Shown: positions 50,510 to 62,631, numbered from the whole stretch's first letter. The stretch is 63,761 nt of DNA, filler included, from Octopus bimaculoides (GCF_001194135.2; 3 parts of 3 records of this genome joined end to end with filler, not necessarily neighbours in it), one strand, 5' to 3'. The notes: generated by a model from the sequence alone, not told the origin. Translations and numbers: made by a program.

Positions 50510-51036
50510 CGCAAGTGTGGGTGGCTGTGTGGTAAGAAGTTTGCTTTAAAACCACATGGTTCTAGGTTCAGTTCCACTGCAAGGCACCTTGGGCAAGTGT
50601 TCTCTACTGTAGCCTCGGGCTGACCGAAGCCTTGTGAATGGATTTGATAGATGTAAAGTGAAACAAATGTGTGTGTGTGTGTGTGTTTGCGCGTGTGTGT
50701 GTATGTGTGCCTTTCTGTCTGTGTTTGCCCCCCCCCCCCACTTCTGCTTGACAACCATTGTTGGTGTGCTTAATCCCCATAACTTAATAGATTAAGTACT
50801 GGGCTTCTTTTATTCTCTTATTTGTTTCAGTCACCTGACTGTGGCCATGCTGGAGCACCACCTTAAAGGGTTTCAGTCGAAAAAATTGATGCCAGGACTT
50901 ATTCTTTGTAAGCCTAATACTTATCTTATCCATCTCTTTTGCCAAACCGCTAAGTCATTGGGACATAAACACTCTGCATCAGTTGTCAAGTAAAAGTGGA
51001 GTGGGGGCAAACACAGACACAAAGACATACACATAA

Positions 51037-51072
<36 letters not shown>

Positions 51073-51312
51073 ACATATATATATAGTTCTCTATTTAAGA
51101 GATGAGGAATTATGTACATTATTTATATTATTTACAAATGTAAATAATGTATATATATATATTAGGCTTCTTTCAGTTTCTGTCTACTTCACTCACAAGG
51201 CTTTGGTCAGCCCAAGGCTATAGTAGAAGACACTTGCACAAGGTGCCATGCAGTGGAACTGAACCTGGAACCATGTAGTTGGGAAGCAAATGTCTTGCTA
51301 CACAGCCATGCT
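50510..51312. mobile_element. Two family A SINEs in opposite orientation (50510-50790 +; 50810-51312 -)
   Basis: Head gtggctgtgtggtaagaag at 50521 and its reverse complement near 51300. Shared caaggcacc/ctatag/ttgtga segments. Confidence 0.85.
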
Positions 51313-51399
51313 GTTTCCAAAATAAAAGAAAAGGCAAAAGAACTGAAGATAAAGAGTAAAACTGCTGGAGGGTGTCCTTACAAGGTTGCTAAGCCTAAT

Positions 51400-51850
51400 A
51401 GAAAAGCAACCAAATCTCCCATAAAACCCTATCATCATAAGTTTAAAATGCTCATAGGATAATATAGTGCTAAATTCACTGTATTAATAAGAATAAAAAC
51501 AGAATGGTCATTGGTGAAATGCTATTTTATTATAAGGTGCTCTCTCAGAGCTGATCTGGATCTAAATAACAATAATAAAATCAACTAGAAAGGCTTATAT
51601 ATATCAATATATATACTCTGATGGTCCAGATGAGACAGAATATAGTGGTTATCCTGGGCTTGAGATTAGGACACAATACAGATGAGGGCAACGAGAAGTT
51701 AATCAATCCTATACTCCCCATCTGGAGTAGCGCTGTTGCTACACATACAGACATCCAACCCTTACCTGTTGTCAAGTAAGGTATCATTTCCCCATGGCCG
51801 GACAGGTTTTCATGGAAAATTGGAAGTGAAGGATGTTGCATGTATGACAG
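51400..51850 (-). mobile_element. Degenerate LINE APE-endonuclease N-terminal fragment
   Basis: IFHEN.S, SVCV.T.L, NF.LP, MGDL. follow the APE motif order (H.N, .V.ET.L, GDFN). Confidence 0.45.
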
Positions 51851-52154
51851 TTACACTTACAGTCTCAAGACAAGGAAACACCAACTTATATACACACACA
51901 TGGTGACTTTTTTCAGTTCCTGTCTACCACATCTACTCACAAAACTGGTTGGCCCAGGGCTATAGTACAAAACACTTACTCAAGGTGGCACACATTGGAA
52001 CTGAACTCAAATTGTAAAGTAAGCTTCTTAACCACATAGCCATGCTGGCACCTAGTTATGCATGCATCTGGAACTACACGCTCACACATGTGTGTGTGTA
52101 TAGAGAAAGAGAAAGAGAAAGTAGAAACAAAGTCAGGAGGTCTCAGATGAATAT

Positions 52155-52870
52155 ATAGGGTGCGGCAAAATAGTCTGACATATTTGTAGGTTTAATAAAA
52201 GCAAAATAGAGTGAAGAACGAAAAATGTGTTTTTATTTTCGAAATTTACATGTAATGCCATTTTGTTTCATTTGGTTTTAAAAATTAAATCAGTCAAGTG
52301 GGTGCCATTACTATCCACACACTGTTGAAGGCATTCACGGAAGTTGTCCATTACTCAACGGGTCATTTCATGAGGAATGGCACCAATTTCTTGATGAATG
52401 GCATCTTTTAATTGTTCAATAGATTGAGGGTGATGAGTGTATCCCCATGGAAAAATATCACATGAATTCAAATCAGGTGATCAGCTAACCGATGTCACTG
52501 CACAATGAGATCAAATGATTGGGTAACATCTGCCTCAAAATCCCCATTGCATGTCGCAAAGTGTGGGCTGTTGCCCCATCCTGTTGAAACCAAACATTGT
52601 CCCTTATCATCAAGTTCGTTCAATTTGGGATTCAGAATGTTCACTAACATCACACAATATGGATCAGAGTTCACAGTCACTGCAACATTGTCTTCTTCAA
52701 AGAAGTACAGACCCCAAATGCCGAATTCTACTGCCGCAGAATTTCGAGTAGGTACAGGATCATGTCTACCAAGCCTTAAGTGCACACAGAAGGCTCTTTG
52801 TTTTGCAGTTACAGACTCGTCCTTGTTTCCACAATGAAAGTGCAGTGCTCGCCCATCCAATACGTGTTGG
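52155..52870 (-). mobile_element. DD41D (rosa/Visitor)-type transposon, 3' half
   Basis: YFFEEDNVAVTVNS..Y, WFQQDGATAHT...MGILRQMLPNHLIS..SDI.*..SPDLNSCD..PWGY; terminal ta-tagggtg. Confidence 0.85.
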
Positions 52871-52937
52871 CAACTGAAAGCAGATTAGATAAGTCTAGAT
52901 AAATAATAGATTAGATAAATCCATATATTATGCATTA

Positions 52938-53100
52938 TCTTAATATATAAAGCTGAAGTTGTGTGTCTGTGTGAAGCCTTTTTGAAAGTTTATAGAAATC
53001 CACATTTTCCACTTTTTCGTAAAATTTTTTACATCAATAGAATTTTCTCGATCTGAACTTTCCAGTGCAGTAATTAGATTTTTAAAATTCCGTTTAATTT
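52938..53100 (+). mobile_element. Possible non-autonomous Helitron 5' end
   Basis: A|TC start followed by ttaatatataaagctgaagttgtgtg. No matching 3' end found. Confidence 0.35.
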
Positions 53101-53196
53101 GTGTGATTTAAGGGAGATTTGGCTGTCGTTTCTAGCAACTTTTATATTCTTTCCCTTCTCCCTGTATCGGCGTTCTTATAGAGAATAAGAGTAAAA

Positions 53197-53245
<49 letters not shown>

Positions 53246-53487
53246 TGATACATAGATAGCCACAGATTAACTTGGTTTACTTCATAGTTTACCATCATTA
53301 ATTTGAATTAATTTGAATAATTTGCTTGATTTCAACATCATTATGATGAATGGTTGTATATCATCTCATGTCTTTTCAACCTGTCTTTTTTTTGGATGTT
53401 TTCATAGGTCAACTATGAAAATTGTATATGAATGTTATCTATTTTTATTGTCTGCCTACTACTACTACTAATAATAATAATAATAAC

Positions 53488-53577
53488 AAGGCCCTGAGGA
53501 GATGTAGTATCCCATATTTTATAATATTTTATAATATTTTATAATATGCATGAATCAATCTGGATATTGCATTGAAA
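53488..53577 (+). ncRNA. Hammerhead-ribozyme-like motif with 12-bp stem II; 3' part lost in an assembly gap
   Basis: CUGAGGA at 53494-500. GAUGUAGUAUCC (53501-12) pairs 12/12 (3 G-U) with GGAUAUUGCAUU (53562-73), immediately followed by GAAA (53574-77) and then Ns. Confidence 0.7.
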
Positions 53578-54104
53578 NNNNNNNNNNNNNNNNNNNNNNN
53601 NNNNNNNNNNNNNNNNNNNNNTTAATTAATTAANNNNNNNNNNNNNNNNNNNNNNNNNNNNNNNNNNNNNNNNNNNNATATATATATATATATATATAGT
53701 TTGTCTTCTCTCCTCACACATAGAGTTCACCCTCCGATTAGTGCTACCCAATTCACCTACTTCTCTTTGTCCAAATTTTTCTTGCAACCATCAACTTGCA
53801 TTTGTCAAAACGAGAAATTTGCATCGTTGAAAATAAGCCTCACAAGTATCATAGCACTTGGAAACAATTACTAAAATATGTAGCTGCTCCTTGAGAACTT
53901 CCGTTTTAACCAGTGATATATGTACAATTGTTTCGAGCATAGATTATTTGACAAACAATCCTCTTGACAAACAGTAGATAAGTAGACATTTAATATAAAG
54001 CTCAATATGGAATAGGCAGGACAAGAGGAAACATGTGGAGCAGGGAGTCGTTGGAGAGTTTATAGAATGTATGACGAAAGAAATCTGACAAATAAATTGA
54101 TAAT

Positions 54105-54301
54105 AATAATCCTTTCTACTAAAGGTACTGTGCTTGAAATTATAGCGGGAGGGGACTAATCTATTACATCAACTGGTACTTAATTTATTGACCCCGAAGG
54201 GATGAAAGGCAAAGCCGACCTCGGTGGAATTTGAACTCAGAACGTAAAGATGGACGAAATGCCGCTAACCAGCGTGCTAACAATTCTTCCGGTTCGCTGC
54301 C

Positions 54302-54302
<1 letters not shown>
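54105..54302 (-). mobile_element. SINE family C
   Basis: Reverse complement of the 27188 family. Confidence 0.88.
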
Positions 54303-54353
<51 letters not shown>

Positions 54354-54380
54354 TAATAATAATAATAATAATAATAATAT
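54303..54380. repeat. (AAT)n microsatellite
   Basis: Direct trinucleotide repeat. Confidence 0.98.
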
Positions 54381-54381
54381 A

Positions 54382-56027
54382 CTGTGGGGGTCAAAAGTGT
54401 CTGCAAATTGTATATATTGATAAATTTATGCTTCAATATTTTCCAATATAATAACTATGTTACTCATTGTTCGATATGCAAATATATAAAGTAAATTCCT
54501 AGAGACGGAAACCAAATAATCATATTCTGGGGGGAAAATATGGATTTTTTAAAAATTTCAGGAAGAAATATGGGCCAAAAGAGTTTGCAAGACTCATTTA
54601 TTCGAAATAAATAATATTTTTAAACATAATACAATTTGAAACATTGTGTCATTATGATAATAGTACCATATATTGATAACATATTACAAGAAAACAACAG
54701 TTATTGCTCAAATAACAATTAACAAAACAATACAAATTTATAAAACAATTTAACCCTTTATACGTTTTCCTCCATTCTTAATCAAATCCATCAGCCTCCT
54801 ATCAACAGAGAATGTTAATTTATGCACTTGTTGAGGTGTGATTTCAGAAGATACCTCCTTGATCCTCTCCCAAATGTCTTTTTTACTGTTGAATTGATGC
54901 CCGTTTTCGTAAACCTTCCTCTTCAGAATCGACCAGAGGTTCTCTATCGGATTCAAATCCGGGCTCTGAGNNNNNNNNNNNNNNNNNNNNNNNNNNNNNN
55001 NNNNNNNNNNNNNNNNNNNNNNNNNNNNNNNNNNNNNNNNNNNNNNNNNNNNNNNNNNNNNNNNNNNNNNNNNNNNNNNNNNNNNNNNNNNNNNNNNNNN
55101 NNNNNNNNNNNNNNNNNNNNNNNNNNNNNNNNNNNNNNNNNNNNNNNNNNNNNNNNNNNNNNNNNNNNNNNNNNNNNNNNNNNNNNNNNNNNNNNNNNNN
55201 NNNNNNNNNNNNNNNNNNNNNNNNNNNNNNNNNNNNNNNNNNNNNNNNNNNNNNNNNNNNNNNNNNNNNNNNNNNNNNNNNNNNNNNNNNNNNNNNNNNN
55301 NNNNNNNNNNNNNNNNNNNNNNNNNNNNNNNNNNNNNNNNNNNNNNNNNNNNNNNNNNNNNNNNNNNNNNNNNNNNNNNNNNNNNNNNNNNNNNNNNNNN
55401 NNNNNNNNNNNNNNNNNNNNNNNNNNNNNNNNNNNNNNNNNNNNNNNNNNNNNNNNNNNNNNNNNNNNNNNNNNNNNNNNNNNNNNNNNNNNNNNNNNNN
55501 NNNNNNNNNNNNNNNNNNNNNNNNNNNNNNNNNNNNNNNNNNNNNNNNNNNNNNNNNNNNNNNNNNTTGTGCTGTGTGGGTTTGCTAGCACACTCCTCTT
55601 GATTCTTCTAAACTCTCGTGGTGGAGTCATTTTTCGTCTGCCACTTTTGTGCTTTTTTCTTCCATCTTTGCCGTCAATGACGAAACGTTTCACAGTTCGA
55701 TGATCTCGTTTCAAAATTTTTAAAATTTCTAATGTAGACTTCTTTGCAGCAAGTAATTTAACAATTTCACCCTTCTCGCTATCTGTCAACATCTTTCCTT
55801 TAGCCATTATTAATAAATTTATGTTACCTGCATAAACTTTTGACTCACCTGAAAAGAGGAAAATGTTTAACAATTATTAAATTCTGGGTTTTTTCCTAAA
55901 ATGTAGTAATGAAACAAAAACAGAATGGCAACCAGCAAATGATGGAAGAGGTGAAACTAAAAAATAAAGCAAAATTAATAAAGAAATTGAGAGAAAATAG
56001 GTCTGCAAACTCTTTTGTCCCGCACAG
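54382..56027 (-). mobile_element. Tc1-family transposon with IR/DR-type ends; middle of the transposase lies in a gap
   Basis: TIRs ctgtgggggtcaaaagtgtctgca and tctgcaaactcttttgtcccgcacag with TA on both sides. Inner repeats near 54572 and 55830. MAKGK.LTDSEKGEI.. (ATG 55807) and SP..NPIENLWSILKRKVY. Confidence 0.93.
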
Positions 56028-56029
56028 TA

Positions 56030-56700
56030 CACACAAATGCACCTGACTTCTGCAGAATGTGTGGGAAAAGGGTAGATAGCGTGACTGACATTGTTAGTGC
56101 GTGTGAAAGTTTTGCGCTGAAAGAATACAAGCGAAGACACGACAAGGTAACCCCAAACCTCCATTGGCTACTCTGCCGTAAGTATGGCTATGAGATTACG
56201 GGAGCTAGGTACCAACATACACCGGAAAAGGTAATGAACGAAAAGGGGAAGGCAAACATCCTCTGGGACTTTGATTTCCAGACAGACAAGTTGTCAGAGC
56301 ACCGAAGGCCGGAAATAGTAACCTTTAGGAGGGACAAACCAGAATGCCTTATAATCGACGTGGCAGTGTTAGGAGATCAACATATCATCATGAAAGAAAT
56401 AGAAAAGGTTGATAAATACGGAGACTTGAGAATTGAGATCGCTACGATGTGGCAGCTGCGCGAGTCAAACATAAAGGTTGTCCCTACTGTCATCGGAGAA
56501 TTGGGTTCAATACCACCCAGTCTTAAAACATCTGAAAACTTTATAAGTACCCTACGATCTAGACGTATTGCAAAAGTCAGCATTACTTCGATCTGCACGC
56601 ATATTGCGTAAAGTACTGTCTGTCTGAAGTCCTTGTGACTTGACAAACAGTACAGTATCTTCAATCAACAACCTCACGATATAGTATACGGTGTGACGTC
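56030..56700 (+). mobile_element. R4/Dong-type RLE LINE fragment A (zinc knuckle, restriction-like endonuclease, 3' end)
   Basis: CRMC......DI.SAC, EYKRRHD, ILWDF..QTD.....RP.IV......C.IIDVA, EK..KY.DL, VP.VIG.LG. Confidence 0.93.
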
Positions 56701-56702
56701 TA

Positions 56703-56703
56703 T

Positions 56704-56740
<37 letters not shown>

Positions 56741-56742
56741 GC

Positions 56743-56826
<84 letters not shown>
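56703..56826. repeat. Compound (AAC)n(AAT)n microsatellite
   Basis: Direct trinucleotide repeats. Confidence 0.98.
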
Positions 56827-56829
<3 letters not shown>

Positions 56830-57275
56830 CAAAGGAGATGTTATACAACATGCTACTGTGAAGGTAAAAATAAGAAAGGAGAATTACAGTAAAATAAGAC
56901 TCATACAAAAAACTGAACACAACACTAAAAATCGCATCGAAGCTAGTGACACCCTGGCACTTCCATTAGTCCAATACAGTTTTAATATAATTTACTGGAA
57001 TCTTACAGAGCTCCAACGCCTGTACAGGAAGACAAGAAAACTATTAAGATCTAAGGACATGCGCCACCCAAAAGCAGACATTGATCGTCTGTATTTATCT
57101 AGAAGTAATGGGAAAGACGAATGATTCAGGTAGAATTGCGCTATAAGACCTCCACAATAGCAATGAACAGGTACTTATCTAACACAAAGGACTGCATGCT
57201 GCACCTTGTATGCAAACACGAAAGCTGCAAAAAATCACATTCTATTGTCAAGGAAGCTTGCAAATTCTCAAGTGA
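56827..57275 (+). mobile_element. RLE LINE fragment B (post-RT/thumb region)
   Basis: KTE.N.KN.I.A..TLALP.VQYSF....W...EL..L.RKTRKLL......HPKADIDRLYL.R..G. Confidence 0.88.
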
Positions 57276-58740
57276 ACTTGGCATTAACCAGGGAGACATG
57301 CTCTCTCAACTCCTTTTTTGCTTGGCACTGACACCTTTATGTGACATGCTAAACAGAACTGGATGCAGATACAACTGTTACGGCAAAACAATCAGCAATC
57401 TCATATATGGATGACCTAAAACTGTGTACTACAAACGATAAACAGCTGGAAACATTACTACAGACAGTACATGGATTTACCAAAGAAATGAATATGAAAT
57501 TTGGCTTAGAAAAATGTGCCAAAGCAACCTTGAAAAGGGGAAAACTAGTTAAGGGTAGCAACATCACACTAGATAAAGCAAATAAAATAAGAGAGTTAGA
57601 CCAAAGCCAGACATACAAATATTTAGGAATCAATGAACTAAATACGATACAACACACACACAAATGATAAAGAACATAAAAAAAGAATACTATAGACGAG
57701 TTAGATTGATATTGAAAACAGAGCTCAATGCAAAAATAAACAAGATAATAGGTGTCAACACTTTAGCCGTCCCAGTTACAGCTACAATATCCTTAACTAG
57801 ACACTAAATGAACTAATCCAAAATAGACAGGAAAACAAGAAAAATAATGGCAGGATTTAGGATGCACCTCCCAAAATCTGACATAGAAAGGTTATATATA
57901 GAACGTATAGAAGGTGGTAGATGTCTTATTCAACTAAACAATTATTAGCAACTAAGCACCATAGGACTGCAAAAATACCTACTTCAGAAGCAAGGAAAAC
58001 TAATACAGATAGACAAAAAAAATTGTTTAAACCAACAAAACAAAAAACTGTTTTCAGTCTTTAAGGAAGCTGACAAATACAAACAAGAAATCATACTACC
58101 TAACGACTATGAAGAAAAGGAAGAAACAACAAAAGCTGTAAAACAAATGAAATGCAAACTAAAACTACAACAGCAACGGATCGATCATGATAAAACGATG
58201 GCAAGAAAAGCCCCTACATGGCAAATACTGGGCTAAACTAAACGCAAAAGAAACAGACAAAGTAAAATCCCAGCAATGGTTGAGAAGCTCAGGACTCAAA
58301 GCAGAGACTGAAGGATTTTTAATTGCAGCACAAGACCAAAGCCTCCCCCACCAGAAATTACCAAAAACATATAATGAAAAGAAACATAACAAGTAACCGC
58401 AGACTATGTGGAGATGGACAAGAAAAAATAAATCATTTTGTCTCTGGCTGCCCAGTCCTGGCTAAGAAGGAATATATTGGAAATAGAGGTACCTCGAATG
58501 TAAGTCTAAAAACAGAAACAATTCCTATCATAGTAGGCGCATTAGATATGATAAAAAATATTCAGACAAATACATAACAAAAACACCAGGACTTACAAAT
58601 ATATATAACATAAAGAAAATTGCACTACTAGGCACCACTGCACACATCCTATGTAAAACATTTTCAATACAGTAACCATAAGAGCACCACAGAAAACCAC
58701 AGCACATACCCAAGGCAGACAGAGCTGCACTCGGTAGTGA
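57276..58740 (+). mobile_element. RLE LINE fragment C (RT core to 3' end, internally deleted endonuclease)
   Basis: GI.QGD.LS.LLFCLAL.PL, YMDDLKL, MKFGLEKCA, YKYLGI, W..KPLHGKY, WL.SSGLKAETEGF.IAAQDQ, CRLCG...E.I.H.VSGCP.LAK.EY. Confidence 0.92.
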
Positions 58741-60660
58741 AGGCATTTACAACCACTTTGACAACCAGAATTTGCTACCAGAAGAACTGAAATGCTGCAG
58801 AAAGAAGGCTAGAAGCACGAAAGATCTATTATACATAGACAAAGCAGTTCTAAAAGAAGTGAAATTGAGAATGTAAACTTCAAGAATAAGATGGGTAGAT
58901 TATAAGAAATCACATAGCATGATTCAGCACTCATGGAAAAGTGAATGTTTGAGTATATTCAGTATTGCGGGCAACAAAAGAGAGATAATTAGCTATAGCA
59001 GAAAGAAAAGGAATTGGAAAGTATATATCTACACAGGTTACACAACTTTAACGAAATCGAAGAATATTCCAGGGAGACTCGTTATCACCTTCACTATTTT
59101 TGTTATGTGTGACCGCCCTCAGTTTAGTATTAAGAAAGTCAAAGGCAGGGTATCAGTTTAGAGATAGTGAAGGAAACATTGATCATTTACTCTACATGGA
59201 TGATTTGAAGCCTTTTAGTTCCTTGACACGAACTGTAAGACTCTTCAACAACGATATATTTATGGAAATTGGCATAGATAAGTGCGCAACATAAGTAATG
59301 GAAAAGGGACAAGTGGCCTGTAGTAAAGGCATCCAACTACCAGATGGCAAGATATTAAAATCACTGAAAGAAGGAGAGAATTATAAGTATCTAGGAGGAT
59401 TAGAATGTAACTGTGTACTAACTATATAAATGAAAACAAAATCGACAAGCAGTACATCAGAAGGGTGAGGAAGCTAATGAAGTAAAAGCTAAAATTTCTA
59501 AATCTAGTGAAGGCTGTAAATATTTGATCAGTATCGTTACTTCAATATTCAGCAGCTTTTGTAGATTAGACAAAATCTGAATTAGCAAATCTAGACAGAA
59601 GAACTAGGAAGGAATTCAATATGAATGGAAGACTTTGCTCCAGAGCAGGAATAGCAAGATTATATTTATTTAGAAATGAAAGTGGAAGAGGGTTAATATC
59701 AGTAGAATGTTACGGGAAGTTAGCTAGCGTAGATATAACTTCGTATGTAGGTAATAGTGGAGAAAATTTATTAGGAGTTGTTAGAGTAACAGTAGAAGAT
59801 AGTGAAACAAATAGCCAAATGAAATTAAAAACCAGAAAAAACAAAGGTTATTTGATTACCAAGAAAAATCTTTGCATGGTAGATTCCCAAAAATAGTTGC
59901 AGGAAATAGTAGGAGTGAGACAGGGTTATGTTTGCAAAAATGAACGCTGAAAATAGAGACAGAAAGTTTGTAAGTAGCAGCAAGGGATGAAGCACTGAGG
60001 ATTAATTGAATAAAAGCTAAAATAAACAAACCGATAAATACCAAATATAGATTATATAAATCAAAAGAAGATATTATTCCTCATATCATAAGTGGATGTA
60101 GCATGCTGACAAAGAAAGAATACAAGAAGACATGACAGACAACCCAGGGAAAATAATCCAGTGAGAGTTATGTACAGAGCTAGAACTTGGCCATACTGAT
60201 AAATGGTATGAACATGAACCTAGTCAAGTGCTCGAAAGTAAGAAATATAAGATGTGGGATTTTAACATTCATACTGACAGAGTAATAGAAACTAGAAAGC
60301 CTGATTTAGTATTAGCAGACAAAGAGAATAGACAGCAGTAGGTAATTGACTTTACAATCTCAAATGATGAGAAAGTCAATATGACAGGTAAAGAGACAGT
60401 AACAAAGTACCAGGACTTAGACATTGAATTACAGAGGGCAAAGAGCGGTAAAATGTATTCCAGTGACTATAGGTGCACTAGGAACTATTCCTAAAGATTT
60501 GAACAAATGGAATAAGGAAATAAGCATTAAACCTAGTTTAGTGCAGCTCCAGAAAACAGTGTTATTAGGGAGAGCAAGGATACTTAGGAAGGTTCTTGAC
60601 ATCTAAAGTTACTTGATGTAGCCCGAAGTTTTGTTCCAACAATCTAAACTATTGTGCGTA
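58741..60660 (+). mobile_element. RLE LINE fragment D (RT domain 2 to 3' end), more decayed
   Basis: LLPEE.K.CR..AR.TKD.L.IDK, HLLYMDDLK, GIDKCA, YKYLG, RLYL.R..GRGL, EYK.RH, WDF.I.TD..IE.RKPDLV, IPV.IGALG, LQK.VLLG.A.ILR.VL. Confidence 0.92.
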
Positions 60661-60966
60661 TATAGAATAATAAATTGGTATGCGGATGTTCACGTGAACA
60701 GCTCATTAAATTAGTGCCGTCCTTACCCTTCAAAGGCCGGTGTCGCGCCCTAATCCTGCGGCAGTCCTGCAGCAAGTTACATAGGCCGTCAAAGAAGCTG
60801 GAGCTGGGATAAACCATGTACATGAAAATTTCACTATTCTAAAACCGTTTGGGGAGTAAACCCTGTAATACATAATTCTCCTACTAACAGCAGAAAGATT
60901 TAGTCATAGATGCTATTTAATAAGTTGATGGTTCAACTGGATCGTAAGGTCGGACTTGTATTTCGT

Positions 60967-61800
60967 GGGGATCTATGAAAATTATCATCCACATCATGTG
61001 GTGTATTATAATAATTATTGTAGATATGCGTTTCAAGACTAATGAATGTTCATCACTTGAGCATTTGCGCAACGGTGAGCGCATTTGTGACAATGATATA
61101 CGTTGCCGCTCGAAATGTTAAGTAATAATAGCCAACTTCCATTGTCTCACACCCTATAGCCTTAAGTAAGAGGAGTGCACAACACAAGTAAATCGAAAGG
61201 AGGATCCCAACTGAAACGACTCTGATCATAGACATGTTATCAGTGAACAACAAACCTAACTTATAACCAATTCTCAAATCTTTTCTGGGAAACTAGGAAA
61301 ATTCGTTGGATTCGCATTTTAGTAACTGGACAGATGAGGTCATGTTTTTGAGCAGATATTCTCATCCCAATAATCCATAAAAACACTGACATTTTTTTTT
61401 CAGTAAATGGTTTCTGGAATGTTAACCGGCCTATATATGACAAATACCATTTTGGTAATATAAATAGTGTCGAAGGCAGATGACCTGATGGTTACAGGTG
61501 CTGTACTCACGATAACGAGGCCGTGGTCTCAGTTCCTGGAACGGGAGGTGTATTGGGTTCTCTAGCAAAATGCTTCATCTCATGTTATACTACGACCGAC
61601 ACCTGCCGGACGTGCAAGAATGGCGAAGAGCTGGGAAGCAGATTTATTTTCCGGATATTAAAGAATTGCTGCCAATCATATACATCAACAGAAAGTACTG
61701 CCACAGTCATTTGAAAAAAACGCACTTGGAGAGTTATTACAATTCAGTATGCTTATCGGATACCAGTTGGAATGTGAGACAATAACTTATATGAGGCAAT
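60967..61800 (+). pseudogene. Decayed putative secreted LRR-like gene remnant
   Basis: Hydrophobic start MKIIIHIMWCII*LL, Cys cluster (ECSS..ICDNDIRCRSKC), IPTETTL..D, LTGLYMTN, EADLFSG, IAANHI, LIGYQLECE. Homologous to 290-640. Requires multiple frameshifts. Confidence 0.35.
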
Positions 61801-61987
61801 AGAATATTCACATGAGTGGATAAAACGTATTTAATTTCTGTAAAAAGTTAAAACTGAAGTCATATTTGGAGCCTGCGTTATAGCGGTAAGTCAAGTTTTG
61901 TTACTTTTCTTTTAAGATTTAACATTTATACATACACATACGTATATATGATTTATTTCTCTCTCTCTTCCACTCTCTATCTTTCTT

Positions 61988-62083
<96 letters not shown>

Positions 62084-62089
62084 GATATA

Positions 62090-62215
62090 TAGTTGAAGGT
62101 CTTAGAAAAACAAAAGACGAACAACAAGCAAGTGCATTGAAAAAGACTTACGTTTCGACCCTATGGTCTACAACAGAAAGGAACAAGAGAAAATATACAG
62201 AGAGTGAAAAAACTT
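62090..62215 (-). mobile_element. Second copy of the short element at 6480-6660, with hammerhead-like motif at 62146-62180
   Basis: Minus strand cttt-ctgttgta-gacc-atag-ggtc-gaaac-gta; shared flanks with 6480-6660. Confidence 0.6.
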
Positions 62216-62593
62216 GTAGATTTCGGCGGTCTGTCCGTCTGTTTGTATGTATGCATGTATGCATGGACATGCATATATACATGCATGCATACATACATAC
62301 ATACATACACACATACATACATACATGCATACATACATACACACAGTCTGATTCTGTCTCATTATATAGACCTTTAATTTTTTCTGGTCTCTTTTTCGTC
62401 TTTCTTCGTTGATTTTTGTTATTCCTCCATTATTTCCAACACATTTGAACGCAGAAAGTAAAGACGGACGAAATTTTGCGAAGCAATTTGCTTGAAGCGC
62501 TAACGATTTTGCTTGTTCACCACCTTATCATACATTTAAATATATATAGATACAGACATATATACATGCATACATATATACATACATACATAT

Positions 62594-62631
<38 letters not shown>

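Noticed and set aside
56552-57124. Poly-Cys/Tyr and poly-Thr/Ile ORFs
   Set aside because: Translations of (AAC)n(AAT)n, one running into LINE sequence.
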